NCBI GenBank assembly: GCA_050633305.1
Contig: JBOEGF010000019.1
Span: 32,001 to 96,000 of the forward strand
Direction: 5' to 3'
From: Nannocystales bacterium
GTDB taxonomy: Bacteria; Myxococcota_A; Polyangia; Nannocystales; Nannocystaceae
DNA length: 64,000 nt
In this document: piece after piece, positions 8,867-18,287 of the stretch
Position numbering within the stretch: position 1 is the first letter of the stretch
How the letters are laid out: each line of letters starts with the position of its first letter
The notes under the pieces: model-generated
The model's database searches: none
Told to the model about the DNA's origin: nothing
What the model saw: only the letters and a program-made list of their open reading frames with translations
Made by a program: the position numbers and the translations under genes

Positions 8867-10662
8867 TGCTCTCGTCTCTGTTGCTTGCCGGTGGTCTCTT
8901 GTTCGCCGCTCCTGCTGATGTTCCCTCGGGGCCTCCCGCGGTGGCCGAGCCGGCGCCGGTGAGTCCGTGGTCGGTCGAAGCTGAAGCCGTTGCCTCAGAG
9001 CTGCGCCGCGGCGTGGCGGAGCTTCGCCTCGACGGTGCGCCCGCGCCGTACCGGGCCGAGGTTCGGTACGTCCGCGTCCGGTTGCTGTCGCTGGACGCAT
9101 CGTTCGGTGGCTTGATCACCGATGTTCTCGAGGCGCAATCCGCCGGCGTTGCTGAGCTTCGGGTCGGAACACCCGAGCGCGACAACGCGAACTATTTCGG
9201 TGGGGATGGGGGCATCTCGCGGGTCGAAGTTCCGCTCGAACCTGCGCCCGACTACTTGAGGCGCAAGGTTTGGCTGGCGCTCGACACCGCGTTCCGGGGC
9301 GCGACCCAGGGGTTTGCGCAGAAGGAGATCGCGCTCGAGCAGCTGGAGATCGATGGACTCCCAGCCGACTTCACGCCCCGGGCCGATGAGACCCCACAGA
9401 CCCGTGTCGATCCGCAGTGGGATGAGCAGGTGTTGCCCCGCGCGGAGCTGGGCGAGCTCGTCAAGACGATGAGCGCGGAGTTCAAGAAGTGGCCGTCCAT
9501 CGACAACGGCGACGTCTACGTGCAAGTCTTGCAGAGCCACGAGACGGTGGTCGACAGCGATGGCATGTCGACCGCGCGGGTGAAGACCCGTGTCGTGCTC
9601 GCTGTGGTCGCAGACACCAAGGCCGAGGATGGAATGCATCTCGACCATGGTCTGGCGATCCACCTTCAGGGGATGCCAACCGTGGACGATGCCTTGAAGG
9701 CCCAGGGCATGGCGCTGGTCGACCAGGTGCTGCGAGAGCTGGACGCACTCGCCAAGGCCCCGATGATCGACGAGGAGTACGACGGCCCGGTGTTGTTTCG
9801 GGGGGTCGCGGCGGCGCAAGTGCTCGCGAGTACCGTCGCCACCGAAGTCGCCGGGACGCCCGCCCCCATCGCCGATGGAGGCCGCCTGATGGACCTGGAG
9901 CCCACATGGCAGAAGCGCTACGGAAAAACGGTGATGCCTCCGTTCATCGAGCTGATCGATGACCCCGCAGCCGAGGGGTTCGGTCACTACGAACTCGACG
10001 CGGAGGGCCTACGGCCGCAACGACTCTCCCTGGTGAAGACCGGTGTCCTCGACCACCTCCTGATGACTCGGACGCCGAACCCGAAGGTTTCGGGCAGCAA
10101 TGGCCGCGCACGGATGAGTCCCTCCCTCGAGGTCGGTGCGACCATCTCCAACCTCACGCTGCAGGCCTCCCAGAGGAAGATGGCCGACGCGGCCATGGAG
10201 CGGGAGCTGTTGCGCCGCGCTCGAGAGGATGGCTACGAGGTCGCGTACGTCGTCGAGAGCCTGCGCGATGGTTCGTTGCTCGGGCCCGTGCTTCGCGACA
10301 GCGCATCCGCGTATGCGGGGACCGGGAAGATCACGTTGCCGTTGCCTGGGCGGGTCTATCGGTTAGAGGCGGGCGGAAAGAAGACCCTGATGCGCGGTGT
10401 TGTCCTGGCGCCGGCTTCGATGCGTGTCCTCCGGCGGATCCGCGCTGTCGGAAAGACACCCGTCACCGTTCCCATGAGAATCGCCGTGGGGCCCTACGGC
10501 GGCTTTGGTGCCGACATCGGAATCGACAGCGTCCTCAGTCAGACCGTCGATGTGCAGATCACAACGCCGGATCTTCTGCTCGACGGCCTGGAGCTGCTGG
10601 TCGAGCGCGGCGAGCATGAGCGCAAGCCAACACTCGTGCACCCGTTGCGGCGCGGCGAGTAG
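8863..10662 (+). CDS. TldD/PmbA(TldE)-related protein lacking HExxH, with signal peptide
   Basis: Paralogous layout to the upstream gene (ELRVG, YDGPVLF, DAEG, SNGRAR, TISNL) but no HExxGH; ATGA coupling. Confidence 0.78.
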   Translation: MMLSSLLLAGGLLFAAPADVPSGPPAVAEPAPVSPWSVEAEAVASELRRGVAELRLDGAPAPYRAEVRYVRVRLLSLDASFGGLITDVLEAQSAGVAELRVGTPERDNANYFGGDGGISRVEVPLEPAPDYLRRKVWLALDTAFRGATQGFAQKEIALEQLEIDGLPADFTPRADETPQTRVDPQWDEQVLPRAELGELVKTMSAEFKKWPSIDNGDVYVQVLQSHETVVDSDGMSTARVKTRVVLAVVADTKAEDGMHLDHGLAIHLQGMPTVDDALKAQGMALVDQVLRELDALAKAPMIDEEYDGPVLFRGVAAAQVLASTVATEVAGTPAPIADGGRLMDLEPTWQKRYGKTVMPPFIELIDDPAAEGFGHYELDAEGLRPQRLSLVKTGVLDHLLMTRTPNPKVSGSNGRARMSPSLEVGATISNLTLQASQRKMADAAMERELLRRAREDGYEVAYVVESLRDGSLLGPVLRDSASAYAGTGKITLPLPGRVYRLEAGGKKTLMRGVVLAPASMRVLRRIRAVGKTPVTVPMRIAVGPYGGFGADIGIDSVLSQTVDVQITTPDLLLDGLELLVERGEHERKPTLVHPLRRGE

Positions 10663-10773
10663 CCTCTGTGCGGGGCCATCGGCCCCAGGACCTCGTCGCT
10701 ACGCGCTGATGCTCGCAAAAGAAGCGCCGCGTCCTGAGGCGCAGCGCTTCTTCGCGGCTCGAGCTTGGTTGCG

Positions 10774-11718
10774 CTAGAGCGCTTTGGCGAACTCGACGGC
10801 CGGGATGATCGTGGCCTGCTCGGGATCCTTGATCTCCGAACCAGGAAGATCCTGGATGCCGTCCGAGTGCCACACGACGATGCCGTCCTCGTTGAGGATG
10901 ACGATCGAGGGGCTGCGGCTGAGGTTCTCGATCGTGGTGAACGCGCCTTCCATCCCAAGCTCGCGCGCGGAGTTGTACTCGGTCGCGTTCGGGAAACGGA
11001 ATAGCGGAACGTCGGGAACGTCGTCTTTGACGCCGTGCTTCTTCTGCCAAGCCCGAAGGTCCGAGTCGTTCATCGGCGCCTTACGGCCGCTGGGGAACTT
11101 GAGGTGGACGAACATGACTTCGACGTTGGCGGCGTTGAGGTCGGCCTGAGCGACCTGGAGCACCTGCATGAAGTCGATGGCTGCCGCTTCTTCTTCGCGA
11201 TCGCCCCAGTCCCAATACACGACCATGCGCTTCTGGCCGTAGAGCTGACGTCCATCGAGGATGCCGCCGTCGGCACTGACAAGCATGACCGAGGGGCTGG
11301 CGTGACCGAACATTCGGCCTCGGGCCCAGTCCGGCGCTTTGTTGAGCTCTTCGGCACCGACGAGCCACAGCGGCGGCGCGTCCTTGATCGGGGCCAGGTT
11401 TTGTTTGGGCGATGCTGTGAGCTCGACCGACTTGGGCTCCATCGTGCCCGCGGAGAGCAGCTCAAGCTTGTGCGGCTTGTTATCCCCGAGGTTTCCGACA
11501 TCGTCGGCGGTCTTCACATCTTTGCCATCAACCTTCTGGATCAGATCGCCTTTGTTGATCTGGTCGCATCCTGCTTCGCAGCCGAGGTTGTAGGCGACGT
11601 AGACTCCGCCGGCCTTGAGGTCGCGGTTCTTGGGGATCTTGGAGCCCCCACCCGATGTGTCGCACGAGGCGAGCGAGAGGGTGGAGAGCAGGCTGGCAGC
11701 CAGGGCGAGTTTCTTCAT
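10774..11718 (-). CDS. Lipoprotein with PDZ-like domain and C-terminal thioredoxin/redoxin-like fold
   Basis: LASC lipobox; INKGDLIQKVDGKDV (PDZ-like); RSPSIVILNEDGIVVW (redoxin-like end); no CxxC at the expected site. Confidence 0.6.
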   Translation of the reverse strand: MKKLALAASLLSTLSLASCDTSGGGSKIPKNRDLKAGGVYVAYNLGCEAGCDQINKGDLIQKVDGKDVKTADDVGNLGDNKPHKLELLSAGTMEPKSVELTASPKQNLAPIKDAPPLWLVGAEELNKAPDWARGRMFGHASPSVMLVSADGGILDGRQLYGQKRMVVYWDWGDREEEAAAIDFMQVLQVAQADLNAANVEVMFVHLKFPSGRKAPMNDSDLRAWQKKHGVKDDVPDVPLFRFPNATEYNSARELGMEGAFTTIENLSRSPSIVILNEDGIVVWHSDGIQDLPGSEIKDPEQATIIPAVEFAKAL

Positions 11719-11900
11719 AGGTCTTGGGTCCTGGGGAGAGCGCGCCGGGGCGCCGCTGCAAGGTGGCGCGGACGATAAGCCGCGGCCCCGGCAGACGTCA
11801 AACGAGACGGGGCCCGTGGACTTGCACCCCTGAATCCGTGCGTGAGGACACACGCCGATTGCGACCGGGGCGAGGGGGTGGTTCAGTGCCGCATTCGTCC

Positions 11901-14900
11901 GTGAAAGCCCTGTTCGAACGGTTGTTTGCCGCGTTCGTCGCGGTGTGGGTTTGCCTCGTCGCTCAGACGGCGCAGGCGGAGTCACGTCCAGAGGGACCGG
12001 CCTACGCGGTCGTTGATGGAGGCAGCCCGGGGGTGCTGTGCCCAGACGAGACCCGCCGGGTCGAGCTGACGCTGGAGAACACCGGCGGCCGGGACTGGGA
12101 TCCGAACGCGAAGGACCGGCTCTCGTACCACTGGCGTGATGACGCGGGGGCGCTCGTCCTGCGCGATGGGTGGCGAACCGAACTGACCGAGCGCGTCGAG
12201 CCAGGCGGTCGAGTCACGCTCGACGCGAAGCTGACCGCGCCAAAGACCGCGGGGGGGTATCAGCTTGTCTGGCGAATGCTTCGGGAGGGGGACGATTGGT
12301 ACCCCGAGGGCGAGGCGACGCCCGTCCGTGTTTCCGGGGACACGACTCCGCTGGCATGGTCGGTTGAGCCCTTCGAGCTTCCAGACATTCAGGCTCGAGG
12401 GGAGACGTCGACCCAGGTCACGGTCACGAACGAAGGATGCGCGGCATGGACACCGCAGACGGCGGACCGACTGAGTTACCGATGGTTTGCGCCGGACGGC
12501 GCAACGAAGCGGGGAGAGGGACCGAGGACGGCCTTCGGGGGTGTGGTTGAACCCGGGGCGTCGGCGACGGTCGACCTACGAATCTTGGGCCCGTCCGAGC
12601 CTGGACGGTATCTGTTTCGGATCGCTCCGGTCCGTGAGCGTGTCGCATGGCTTGGCGAGCCCGTGTCGGGTGACGCAGAAGCTCGCACCCAGGTCCGGAG
12701 CGCGGCCCTGCAATGGGCTTGGACCGATGCGGTGCTGCCCGAGGGTGTTGCGACCGGCGACACCGTGACGGTGGACGTGGAGGTCCGCAACACCGGAGTC
12801 GAGCGGTGGGACCCCGCGTTGGGGGACCGGCTCTCGTACCACTGGGTGCAGGATGGGAAACGACTCGAGCGGGAGGGACGTCGGACGCTGCTCCCCCATA
12901 TCGTGGAGCCGGGGGCCTCGGTTCGGGTACCGGTGACGGTCGTCGCACCAGAGCAACCCGGCCGCTTTCGGCTGTCGATCGAGCCGCTTCGGGAGCGGGT
13001 GGCGTGGTTTGGCCCACCGGTGGAGTCCGAGCTGCCGACGCACGGGCCCGAGCTCAACGTGGACCCACCGGCCTACGTCTGGACCCAGCTGGGTGTACGG
13101 ATGCCGAAGCTTCCTCTCGCAGGCCGAGGAGACCACTTCTCCGTCGTGGTGCGAAACGACGGCAGCCGAGCTTGGGACCCAAAAAAGGGGGATCGGGCCA
13201 GCTATCAGGTCCTCGCACCCGACGGCACTCGCGTTGCACGGGGCCGCCGAACGCCGTTGCCGCGTCGCATCGAGCCCGGAGAGGTGGTCGTGCTCTCGGT
13301 CTCGTTCGATACGCCGCGCGAGCCAGGCGACTACCTCATCGCGTTTGGCCTCGTGCGGGAGCACGTGCGCTGGTTCGAGACCGACGCGCAACCGGTAGCG
13401 CTGCACATCTCCCGCCGCTCGAGCCTGTGGTTCTTCCTCGCAGGGCTGCTGTTGGTCGCGTGGGTTGTCGCTGTGCGTCACGACTACGCTTGGGCGGATG
13501 TGATCGCCTGGCCCGTCTGGACGATGGTCTGTGTTGCGGTGTTGACCGAGCTGTTTGCCGACTTGGCGCACCTTCAAGTCTTCTCCAGCGGAACCCTCAA
13601 GACCCTGAGTATCGCCGCGGGCCTGGGAGCGCTCGTCGCGTTTGTTCCACGGCGTCGGCAGGGCACGGTCGCCGTCTTCGTGGTCGCGGGGCTGTCGGTC
13701 GTGGCGTGGGTCGACCTCGCGTACGCGGCGTTCTTTGGGTCCCTCGCTCCGCTTACGGCGATCGCGGCGATCCACCACTTGGCTGATGCGAAGGCGACGG
13801 TCGGCTCCACGATTCGTGCAGACCACGTCTGGCTGGTCGTACCGACGGTCTCGGCGCTGGCGGTGGGTGCAACCAGCAAACCGGATACGGGTGCGCTGCA
13901 GGTGAAGCCCCGCCGGTGGACGGCCGCCGCCCTGAGCCTGCTGGGGCTGTACTCCGCGGTGTCGCTGACGACGGCGGTGCGGGGTACGTTGGGTGTTCGG
14001 ATCTTCTCAGAAGCCCACAACGCCCAACGCTTTGGCTACGTCGGCGCACACGGATTTCAAGCGCTTCGGCTGCTGAGAGATCTGGGCGCGCCGCCCCTGA
14101 CGGATGACGAACGGGCGGAAACCTTCGCGCAACTTCGGGCGCACCGTGCGGCCGGCCCCTCACAGGGGCGAGGGATCGCCGCCGGGTCCAACCTCGTGAT
14201 CCTGCAGGTCGAGGCGCTGCAGCAGTGGGCCGTCGATGCGGAGATCAACGGAACGCCCGTGATGCCGTTCCTGTCCCAGGCACACGGAAGCGCGTTGGCC
14301 TACGACAGAATCTACGACCAGACGCTCCAAGGCCGAACCTCGGATGCCGAGTATCTGGTGCTCGGCTCGGGCCATGCTCTTCCGGAGGGCGCGCTCTCAT
14401 TCCTTCGTGCCGACAACGAGTTCCGCACGATCGTCCATGCGCTGACCGACCAGGGCTACGCGTCCTACTCGGCCCACCCGTATCAGCGCGGCTTCTGGAA
14501 TCGCAGCGTGCTGCACCCCGCGTACGGCTTCGAGAAGTCGGACTTCAAGGCAGAGCTGGGTCGAGGCCCCAAGTCGGGTTGGGGGTTGGCCGACGGGCCC
14601 TTCCTCGAGCGCTTCGATCAACGGCTTGCCAAGCTGCCCGAGCCGTTCGTCGCGTTTGGCGTCACGCTCAGCCTGCATCACCCGTACAAGAGCTTCCCGA
14701 AGTCGCTGGCCGAGCTCGACGTGGGCAAGCTCGGCAAGTCGTGGGTGGGGAACTACCTGCAAGCGATGAACCACTTCGACCGCTCGCTCGCGGCATGGCT
14801 GGCCGACATGGAGGCTCGTGGGCAGCTGGAGCACACGGTCGTGGTGATCTACGGCGATCACGTCACGGGCATGGACCTCAACGACGAGGTCGCGGAGCTT

Positions 14901-15323
14901 GCGGGCGTTGGCGACGACCGGTACACCGAAATGCGGATGCATCGCGTGCCCGCGTTCATCTGGGTCCCGGGGGAGGGCATGCACGGTCGGCGGTCGATGG
15001 TCGGTGGGCAGATCGATCTCGGTGTCACGGGGATGCATTTTCTGGGCGTCGAGCCGCCGGCCTCCGCGGTGGGGACGCCGTTGGTCGGAGAGGGGCCCGG
15101 CTTCGCTGCACTTCCGACCGGCGGGGCTGTCGCCCAGGAACACATGCTGGTGCGGCGGGGGGGCGCGACTCCGACCAAGGGAGCGTGCATCGATCCTCGT
15201 GAGCCCGGCGGTCATCCGCGGGCTGAGTGCGATGCGCTCGAGCAACGTGCGCTCGACCAGCTCGACCTCGCAAGACGGGTGCTCGACCACGACCTCTACC
15301 GCGACGCCGAGGCGGCTCGTTGA
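11901..15323 (+). CDS. LTA synthase (LtaS)-family membrane sulfatase/phosphotransferase with four N-terminal Ig-like repeats
   Basis: NLVILQVEALQ, QGRTSDAEY (catalytic Thr), GFWNR, LSLHHPY, VIYGDH; several TM helices; four NxG..W..DRLSYHW-type repeats. Confidence 0.82.
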   Translation: MKALFERLFAAFVAVWVCLVAQTAQAESRPEGPAYAVVDGGSPGVLCPDETRRVELTLENTGGRDWDPNAKDRLSYHWRDDAGALVLRDGWRTELTERVEPGGRVTLDAKLTAPKTAGGYQLVWRMLREGDDWYPEGEATPVRVSGDTTPLAWSVEPFELPDIQARGETSTQVTVTNEGCAAWTPQTADRLSYRWFAPDGATKRGEGPRTAFGGVVEPGASATVDLRILGPSEPGRYLFRIAPVRERVAWLGEPVSGDAEARTQVRSAALQWAWTDAVLPEGVATGDTVTVDVEVRNTGVERWDPALGDRLSYHWVQDGKRLEREGRRTLLPHIVEPGASVRVPVTVVAPEQPGRFRLSIEPLRERVAWFGPPVESELPTHGPELNVDPPAYVWTQLGVRMPKLPLAGRGDHFSVVVRNDGSRAWDPKKGDRASYQVLAPDGTRVARGRRTPLPRRIEPGEVVVLSVSFDTPREPGDYLIAFGLVREHVRWFETDAQPVALHISRRSSLWFFLAGLLLVAWVVAVRHDYAWADVIAWPVWTMVCVAVLTELFADLAHLQVFSSGTLKTLSIAAGLGALVAFVPRRRQGTVAVFVVAGLSVVAWVDLAYAAFFGSLAPLTAIAAIHHLADAKATVGSTIRADHVWLVVPTVSALAVGATSKPDTGALQVKPRRWTAAALSLLGLYSAVSLTTAVRGTLGVRIFSEAHNAQRFGYVGAHGFQALRLLRDLGAPPLTDDERAETFAQLRAHRAAGPSQGRGIAAGSNLVILQVEALQQWAVDAEINGTPVMPFLSQAHGSALAYDRIYDQTLQGRTSDAEYLVLGSGHALPEGALSFLRADNEFRTIVHALTDQGYASYSAHPYQRGFWNRSVLHPAYGFEKSDFKAELGRGPKSGWGLADGPFLERFDQRLAKLPEPFVAFGVTLSLHHPYKSFPKSLAELDVGKLGKSWVGNYLQAMNHFDRSLAAWLADMEARGQLEHTVVVIYGDHVTGMDLNDEVAELAGVGDDRYTEMRMHRVPAFIWVPGEGMHGRRSMVGGQIDLGVTGMHFLGVEPPASAVGTPLVGEGPGFAALPTGGAVAQEHMLVRRGGATPTKGACIDPREPGGHPRAECDALEQRALDQLDLARRVLDHDLYRDAEAAR

Positions 15324-16336
15324 GCGCTCGCACCTGGCTGCTGCGGCTCTTGCTCGCGGCGGTGTTCGTTTCCCTGCGGCTGAAATTCAACCGCGAGTAT
15401 GAAGGCGCGCCATGGGAGGTGCTGGTCGCCGGGACCGCCAAGTTGCCGTTTGGGCATCGGGTGCTCGTCCCCTGGCTCGTCCGTCCCTTCATTCACGCCG
15501 GGGTCTCCATTCGCGCCGCGTTTGCAACCACCGAGTGGCTTGCTGCCGTCGCGGCACTGACGGGGATGGAGTCCGCGCTTCGACGGTTCATCGACGAGCG
15601 ATTCGCTCGTGTGGGCGCGTTCGCGTTCGTAGCCGTATTGGCGCTGCTGTTCCTGCTGCCGTTTCGCTGGCCGCTCTTCTACCCGTGGGACACCCCGGCC
15701 ATCGCGTGCGTCATCTGGGGGGTCGCGCTCGCGCACGGACGTCGGCACGGAGTCCTCGTCGTGCTGGCTGTTGTCGGGGCCGCCAATCGAGAGTCGGCGG
15801 TCCTGCTGCCTTTCATCACGCTGACCCTCTTGGCGGGCTCGGAGCACCGTCGCGAAGCGATTCGCAGTGCCTCCCTCCAACTCGCAGGTGTCGTGCTGGT
15901 CCGGCTGGCGATCTCGGTCCTGATCCCGACCACCAAGGGCGGTGCCGTGGATCTCCGCATCGCCGGGATGTGGCGCATCGATCACAACCTTCAGTGGTTT
16001 GCGGACCCGCTGCACGCCCTGCCGATCCTCGGAGCCTTCTCCATGCTTCCGGTGCTGTGGTTCGTCGTTCGTGCCGACATCCCTGCGGTGCTGCGACGAC
16101 TCGAGTGGGTTGTCATCCCGGTGATGGCGGGGCTCATGGTGGTCGCGAATCTGTATGAGCCCCGGGCCTGGGGCGAGCCCGTCGCGCTGCTGTTCGTCGG
16201 TGTTGTGGTGGGGGTCGCCCGCTGGGTGCAAGGAGCTGAGCCGGTGCGGGCGCCGGACTCCGGGTGCGAGCGCTGGACATCCGCGGCGCTGCTGCTGGGG
16301 GCCGTGGTCGCGATGCTGCTGTGGCGGGTTCTGTAG
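15320..16336 (+). CDS. Polytopic membrane protein, possibly GT-C-like
   Basis: Many hydrophobic segments; PFGHRVLVPWL, YPWD and NRES motifs; TTG start overlaps the upstream stop. Confidence 0.55.
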   Translation: MSARTWLLRLLLAAVFVSLRLKFNREYEGAPWEVLVAGTAKLPFGHRVLVPWLVRPFIHAGVSIRAAFATTEWLAAVAALTGMESALRRFIDERFARVGAFAFVAVLALLFLLPFRWPLFYPWDTPAIACVIWGVALAHGRRHGVLVVLAVVGAANRESAVLLPFITLTLLAGSEHRREAIRSASLQLAGVVLVRLAISVLIPTTKGGAVDLRIAGMWRIDHNLQWFADPLHALPILGAFSMLPVLWFVVRADIPAVLRRLEWVVIPVMAGLMVVANLYEPRAWGEPVALLFVGVVVGVARWVQGAEPVRAPDSGCERWTSAALLLGAVVAMLLWRVL

Positions 16337-16474
16337 CTCGGTGTTCCGTCGAATCTCGCGACCGAACCCTCTTCGGGACGCTCGGAGGTCGTCGGGCTTC
16401 GGAGTACGGGGGCGGTGTCGTGACGGCAGCGTACGCCTCGGTGGAGTCGGACCACCTGCGTGATAGCCTGAGTC

Positions 16475-17212
16475 GTGCGCGTGCTGTGGATCGGGCTCGG
16501 AGCGGCGGTCTTGGGCTGTGGATGCGAGGCCGAGCCGATGAGCGACGAGGCAGGCGGTTCGTCCGGAGCACCCGAGCCGACGGCGCCACGCGAGTGCATC
16601 GCTCCCGAGGGGATGGGCAGCCCCGCGACCGTCGCAGACACGGTCGAGCTCATCAACGCGCTTCCCAAGCCGACCTCGCTCGCTTGCTTCCTCGAGAGTC
16701 TCGATCGGCCGCTGTCGGTCGCCGCGACCTACAGCAACCGCAGCGCGCAGCCCTCGACGGGCGAAGAAAACCCGCGGCTGTTCATCACCCGCGACTCGAT
16801 GATCCTCTCGGTCTTGCCCGAGGGCCCCGGTTCGGACCGGCTGGAGTTTGCGGTCGATGTCGGCGACGGCCTTTCCGTCAAAGCGGAGCTCGCGTTTCCG
16901 GTCGAGGAGGAGATCGAGGTGTCTGAGCCCTACGTCCAGATCCTTCGCAACCCGGGGACGAGCTGTGGGGCGTGCCACGACCTCGAGCAGCACTGGGAGA
17001 CGGTCAACGACGTTCCTGTGTTCGCTTCAGAGGCGCTGCAATACCCGGCCGAAGATGATGTCTCGCCCGCGTATGTCGATGCCCTCGCGCAGGTTTGCGA
17101 TACGGAGCGCACGCCGGAGAGATGCGAGATGCTCACCGCGGTGTTCGCCCACGGCTCGGTGGTTGCGCAGCCGTTGCCGGAGTTGATCCGGATCTGCCGC
17201 CTGCTGGAATGA
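16475..17212 (+). CDS. Lipoprotein with one CxxCH motif (putative c-type heme)
   Basis: VLGC lipobox; SCGACH; additional paired cysteines. Confidence 0.6.
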   Translation: MRVLWIGLGAAVLGCGCEAEPMSDEAGGSSGAPEPTAPRECIAPEGMGSPATVADTVELINALPKPTSLACFLESLDRPLSVAATYSNRSAQPSTGEENPRLFITRDSMILSVLPEGPGSDRLEFAVDVGDGLSVKAELAFPVEEEIEVSEPYVQILRNPGTSCGACHDLEQHWETVNDVPVFASEALQYPAEDDVSPAYVDALAQVCDTERTPERCEMLTAVFAHGSVVAQPLPELIRICRLLE

Positions 17213-17215
17213 GCC

Positions 17216-18283
17216 TCAAAGCTCGCAGTCGACAACGGACAGGTTCAATGGGTCCGCGCCGAAGCGGCCAAGCACAGCGGTCTCGCCGCCTGCGCTGAGC
17301 AATGCGCCGCCGCCCCACCACTGTTTGCCTTCGTGTCTCCACGTCGCGTGCAGGTGTTCGAAGGTGACCGGCGGGGTGTTGCAGTCCCATTCGGTCCCGT
17401 CGTAGCGGGCCATCGCACCGAAGAACCCCGCGACCCAGACGTCGCCTCCGGGTTCGGTCCATACGCCGTTGAGGCCTCCGTTTCCGCAGGCAGCCGCGTA
17501 CTCGATCTCTTCCCACGCGCTGCCATCCCAGTGCAGGACGATCGGCGCGGCAGCGCCTCCAACGGCCCACACGTCGTCTTCGGCGCGTCGTTGGACGGTG
17601 AGCAGACGCGCGTTGTTCGGTGGAAAGTGTTCCACCAAAGAGCCATCGGGCATCAGTTGCCAGGCGACACCAGTGCCCACGATCCAGTCCTCGTGAATCT
17701 TGAAGGCAACGCCGGCGAGCGCCTCATGGATGCGAGTCCAGCTGCCGTCATCCTCGCGCTGCCAGATCTCGCCCTCTTGTGTGCCAAAGGGGTCGCCTCC
17801 GACGGCGATCACGGGCTCGCTCGCGCGCATACCGTAGAGAATCGCGTCGGTTTGCACGGACTCGTCGTGAACGGTTTGGCCGTCGTAGCGCACAATGGTG
17901 CCCGCCTCGCCAACGGCAAACCATGACTCATCCCCAGCTCCATCGATCCACCACAGCGTCCGGTCGCTGACCCCGCGGTGGCGGCAGAGTTGGCCCTCCT
18001 GCAGCCAGTACACGGTGCCCGGGCCGCCTGCGTCGACGCCTGGCGCCGAGGATAGACGACCACCGACCATGGTCATACCTGCGCTGTGGGAGTAGCCCGA
18101 GAGCACGACCCCACCTGCGACGCCTTCTTGCACCACGGACACGAACTCGACGTCTCCCGTGTCGGTTGAAGTCTCTGTGTCTGCGCTTGTCTCGGTGCCG
18201 CTGTCGGTGTCCGCTGGTGCATCGTCGCCACAAGCGGTCAGCCAAGCCGCAAGTGCCAGAACCATCGTTGGGGTGCGCGTCAT
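17216..18283 (-). CDS. Lipoprotein with beta-propeller-like repeats
   Basis: LTAC lipobox; repeated DVWAVG / DVWVAG and (Y/W)DGxxW units. Confidence 0.7.
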   Translation of the reverse strand: MTRTPTMVLALAAWLTACGDDAPADTDSGTETSADTETSTDTGDVEFVSVVQEGVAGGVVLSGYSHSAGMTMVGGRLSSAPGVDAGGPGTVYWLQEGQLCRHRGVSDRTLWWIDGAGDESWFAVGEAGTIVRYDGQTVHDESVQTDAILYGMRASEPVIAVGGDPFGTQEGEIWQREDDGSWTRIHEALAGVAFKIHEDWIVGTGVAWQLMPDGSLVEHFPPNNARLLTVQRRAEDDVWAVGGAAAPIVLHWDGSAWEEIEYAAACGNGGLNGVWTEPGGDVWVAGFFGAMARYDGTEWDCNTPPVTFEHLHATWRHEGKQWWGGGALLSAGGETAVLGRFGADPLNLSVVDCEL

Positions 18284-18287
18284 CGAA

